Assembly: GCA_016196545.1 (NCBI GenBank)
Contig: JACPXM010000007.1
Location: 1 to 44,074 of the forward strand
Reading direction: 5' to 3'
Length of the DNA stretch: 44,074 nucleotides
Origin: Candidatus Omnitrophota bacterium
Lineage (GTDB): Bacteria; Omnitrophota; Omnitrophia; Omnitrophales; Aquincolibacteriaceae
Shown here: positions 43,668-44,074 of the stretch, in pieces
Numbering within the stretch: the stretch's first letter is position 1
How the letters are laid out: every line of letters starts with the position of its first letter
Notes under the pieces: generated by a model
The model's input: the letters and a program-made list of their open reading frames with translations, nothing else
What the model was told of the DNA's origin: nothing
Databases searched by the model: none
Program-made: the position numbers and the translations under genes

Positions 43668-43742
43668 TCGGGGTGGAGTGATTTGAACACTCGACATCTT
43701 GCTCCCAAAGCAAGCGCTCTAGCCAGGCTGAGCTACACCCCG
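43668..43742 (-). tRNA. tRNA-Pro (TGG), CCA not encoded
   Basis: CGGGGTG-TAGCTCAGCCTGGCTAGAGC-G-CTTGC-TTTGGGA-GCAAG...GTTCAAATC...CACCCCG-A cloverleaf. Confidence 0.96.
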
Positions 43743-43755
43743 TTGAAGATTCTTT

Positions 43756-44074
43756 TTAAAAGATTGAACGCTCCTTATAAATACTGAGAATCAATCCAGC
43801 TGCCAAGGCACTCATCAAGAGGGAGGAGCCACCGTAGCTGATAAACGGCAGAGTGATTCCCGTAATGGGAACAAGGCCGATGCTCATGCCAATATTAATA
43901 AATACCTGTGTAAAAATCATGGCACAAATACCGGCCGCAATGAGCTTGGCTTTAATATCCGTCGTTTTTTCCATAACCAGAAACATGGAAGAAAATAAAA
44001 GGCCGTAGAGACCCAAAAGCAGAAGGGATCCCATATATCCCCATTCTTCCCCAATGACGCAGAAAATAAAATCA
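43756..44074 (-). CDS. RodA/FtsW (SEDS) family protein, 3' part only
   Basis: DFIFCVIGEEWG...INIGMSIGLVPITGITLPFISYGGSS. Confidence 0.92.
   Translation of the reverse strand, partial: DFIFCVIGEEWGYMGSLLLLGLYGLLFSSMFLVMEKTTDIKAKLIAAGICAMIFTQVFINIGMSIGLVPITGITLPFISYGGSSLLMSALAAGLILSIYKERSIF

Noticed and set aside
43668-43742. tRNA-Pro as integration site for the RiPP locus
   Set aside because: No duplicate of the tRNA 3' end and no integrase were seen in the window.
1-44074. CRISPR array, integron attC array, rRNA, and the many short antisense or overlapping ORFs in the track
   Set aside because: No regularly spaced repeat-spacer units or rRNA-like sequence were seen. The short ORFs are shadows of well-supported genes and have no recognisable motifs.

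Overview
Bacterial chromosomal window from a diderm organism (TonB-dependent receptor, porin and O-antigen ligase are present; taxonomy cannot be determined from this sequence). It is encoded almost entirely on the minus strand. Left to right: (1) pyk (partial) at the end of a nitrate/nitrite assimilation cluster (narK, alginate-export-type porin, Mo nitrate reductase, FeS/DmsC-type membrane subunit, nirD, nirB), preceded by a GAF-ANTAR gene and carrying two ANTAR dual-hairpin RNA elements. (2) An AT-rich islet (RES-domain gene plus a HEPN-like gene) bracketed by two short, stop-terminated MiaB-like N-terminal remnants. (3) O-antigen ligase, deoxyhypusine-synthase-family gene, livKHMGF, an APC-USP permease, and a tatA / AKR-ChdC fusion / MFS / DsbD-like operon. 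(4) A 3.36 kb integrase-less islet bounded by a diverged duplicate of the recN 3' end, carrying an MNT-HEPN toxin-antitoxin pair and a membrane gene split by an IS3-family element. (5) recN and an SDR. (6) A ~10 kb locus: sigma54 activator, TonB-dependent receptor, consensus sigma54 promoter, orphan family-5 solute-binding protein, a 32-aa Cys-Cys precursor peptide, a radical SAM/SPASM maturase, two histidine kinases and a receiver protein. This locus looks like a RiPP-based signalling circuit and is the strongest candidate for an undescribed system. (7) tRNA-Pro(TGG) and the 3' end of rodA/ftsW. No CRISPR array or rRNA was seen. All family calls come from motif recognition by eye, not from database searches.
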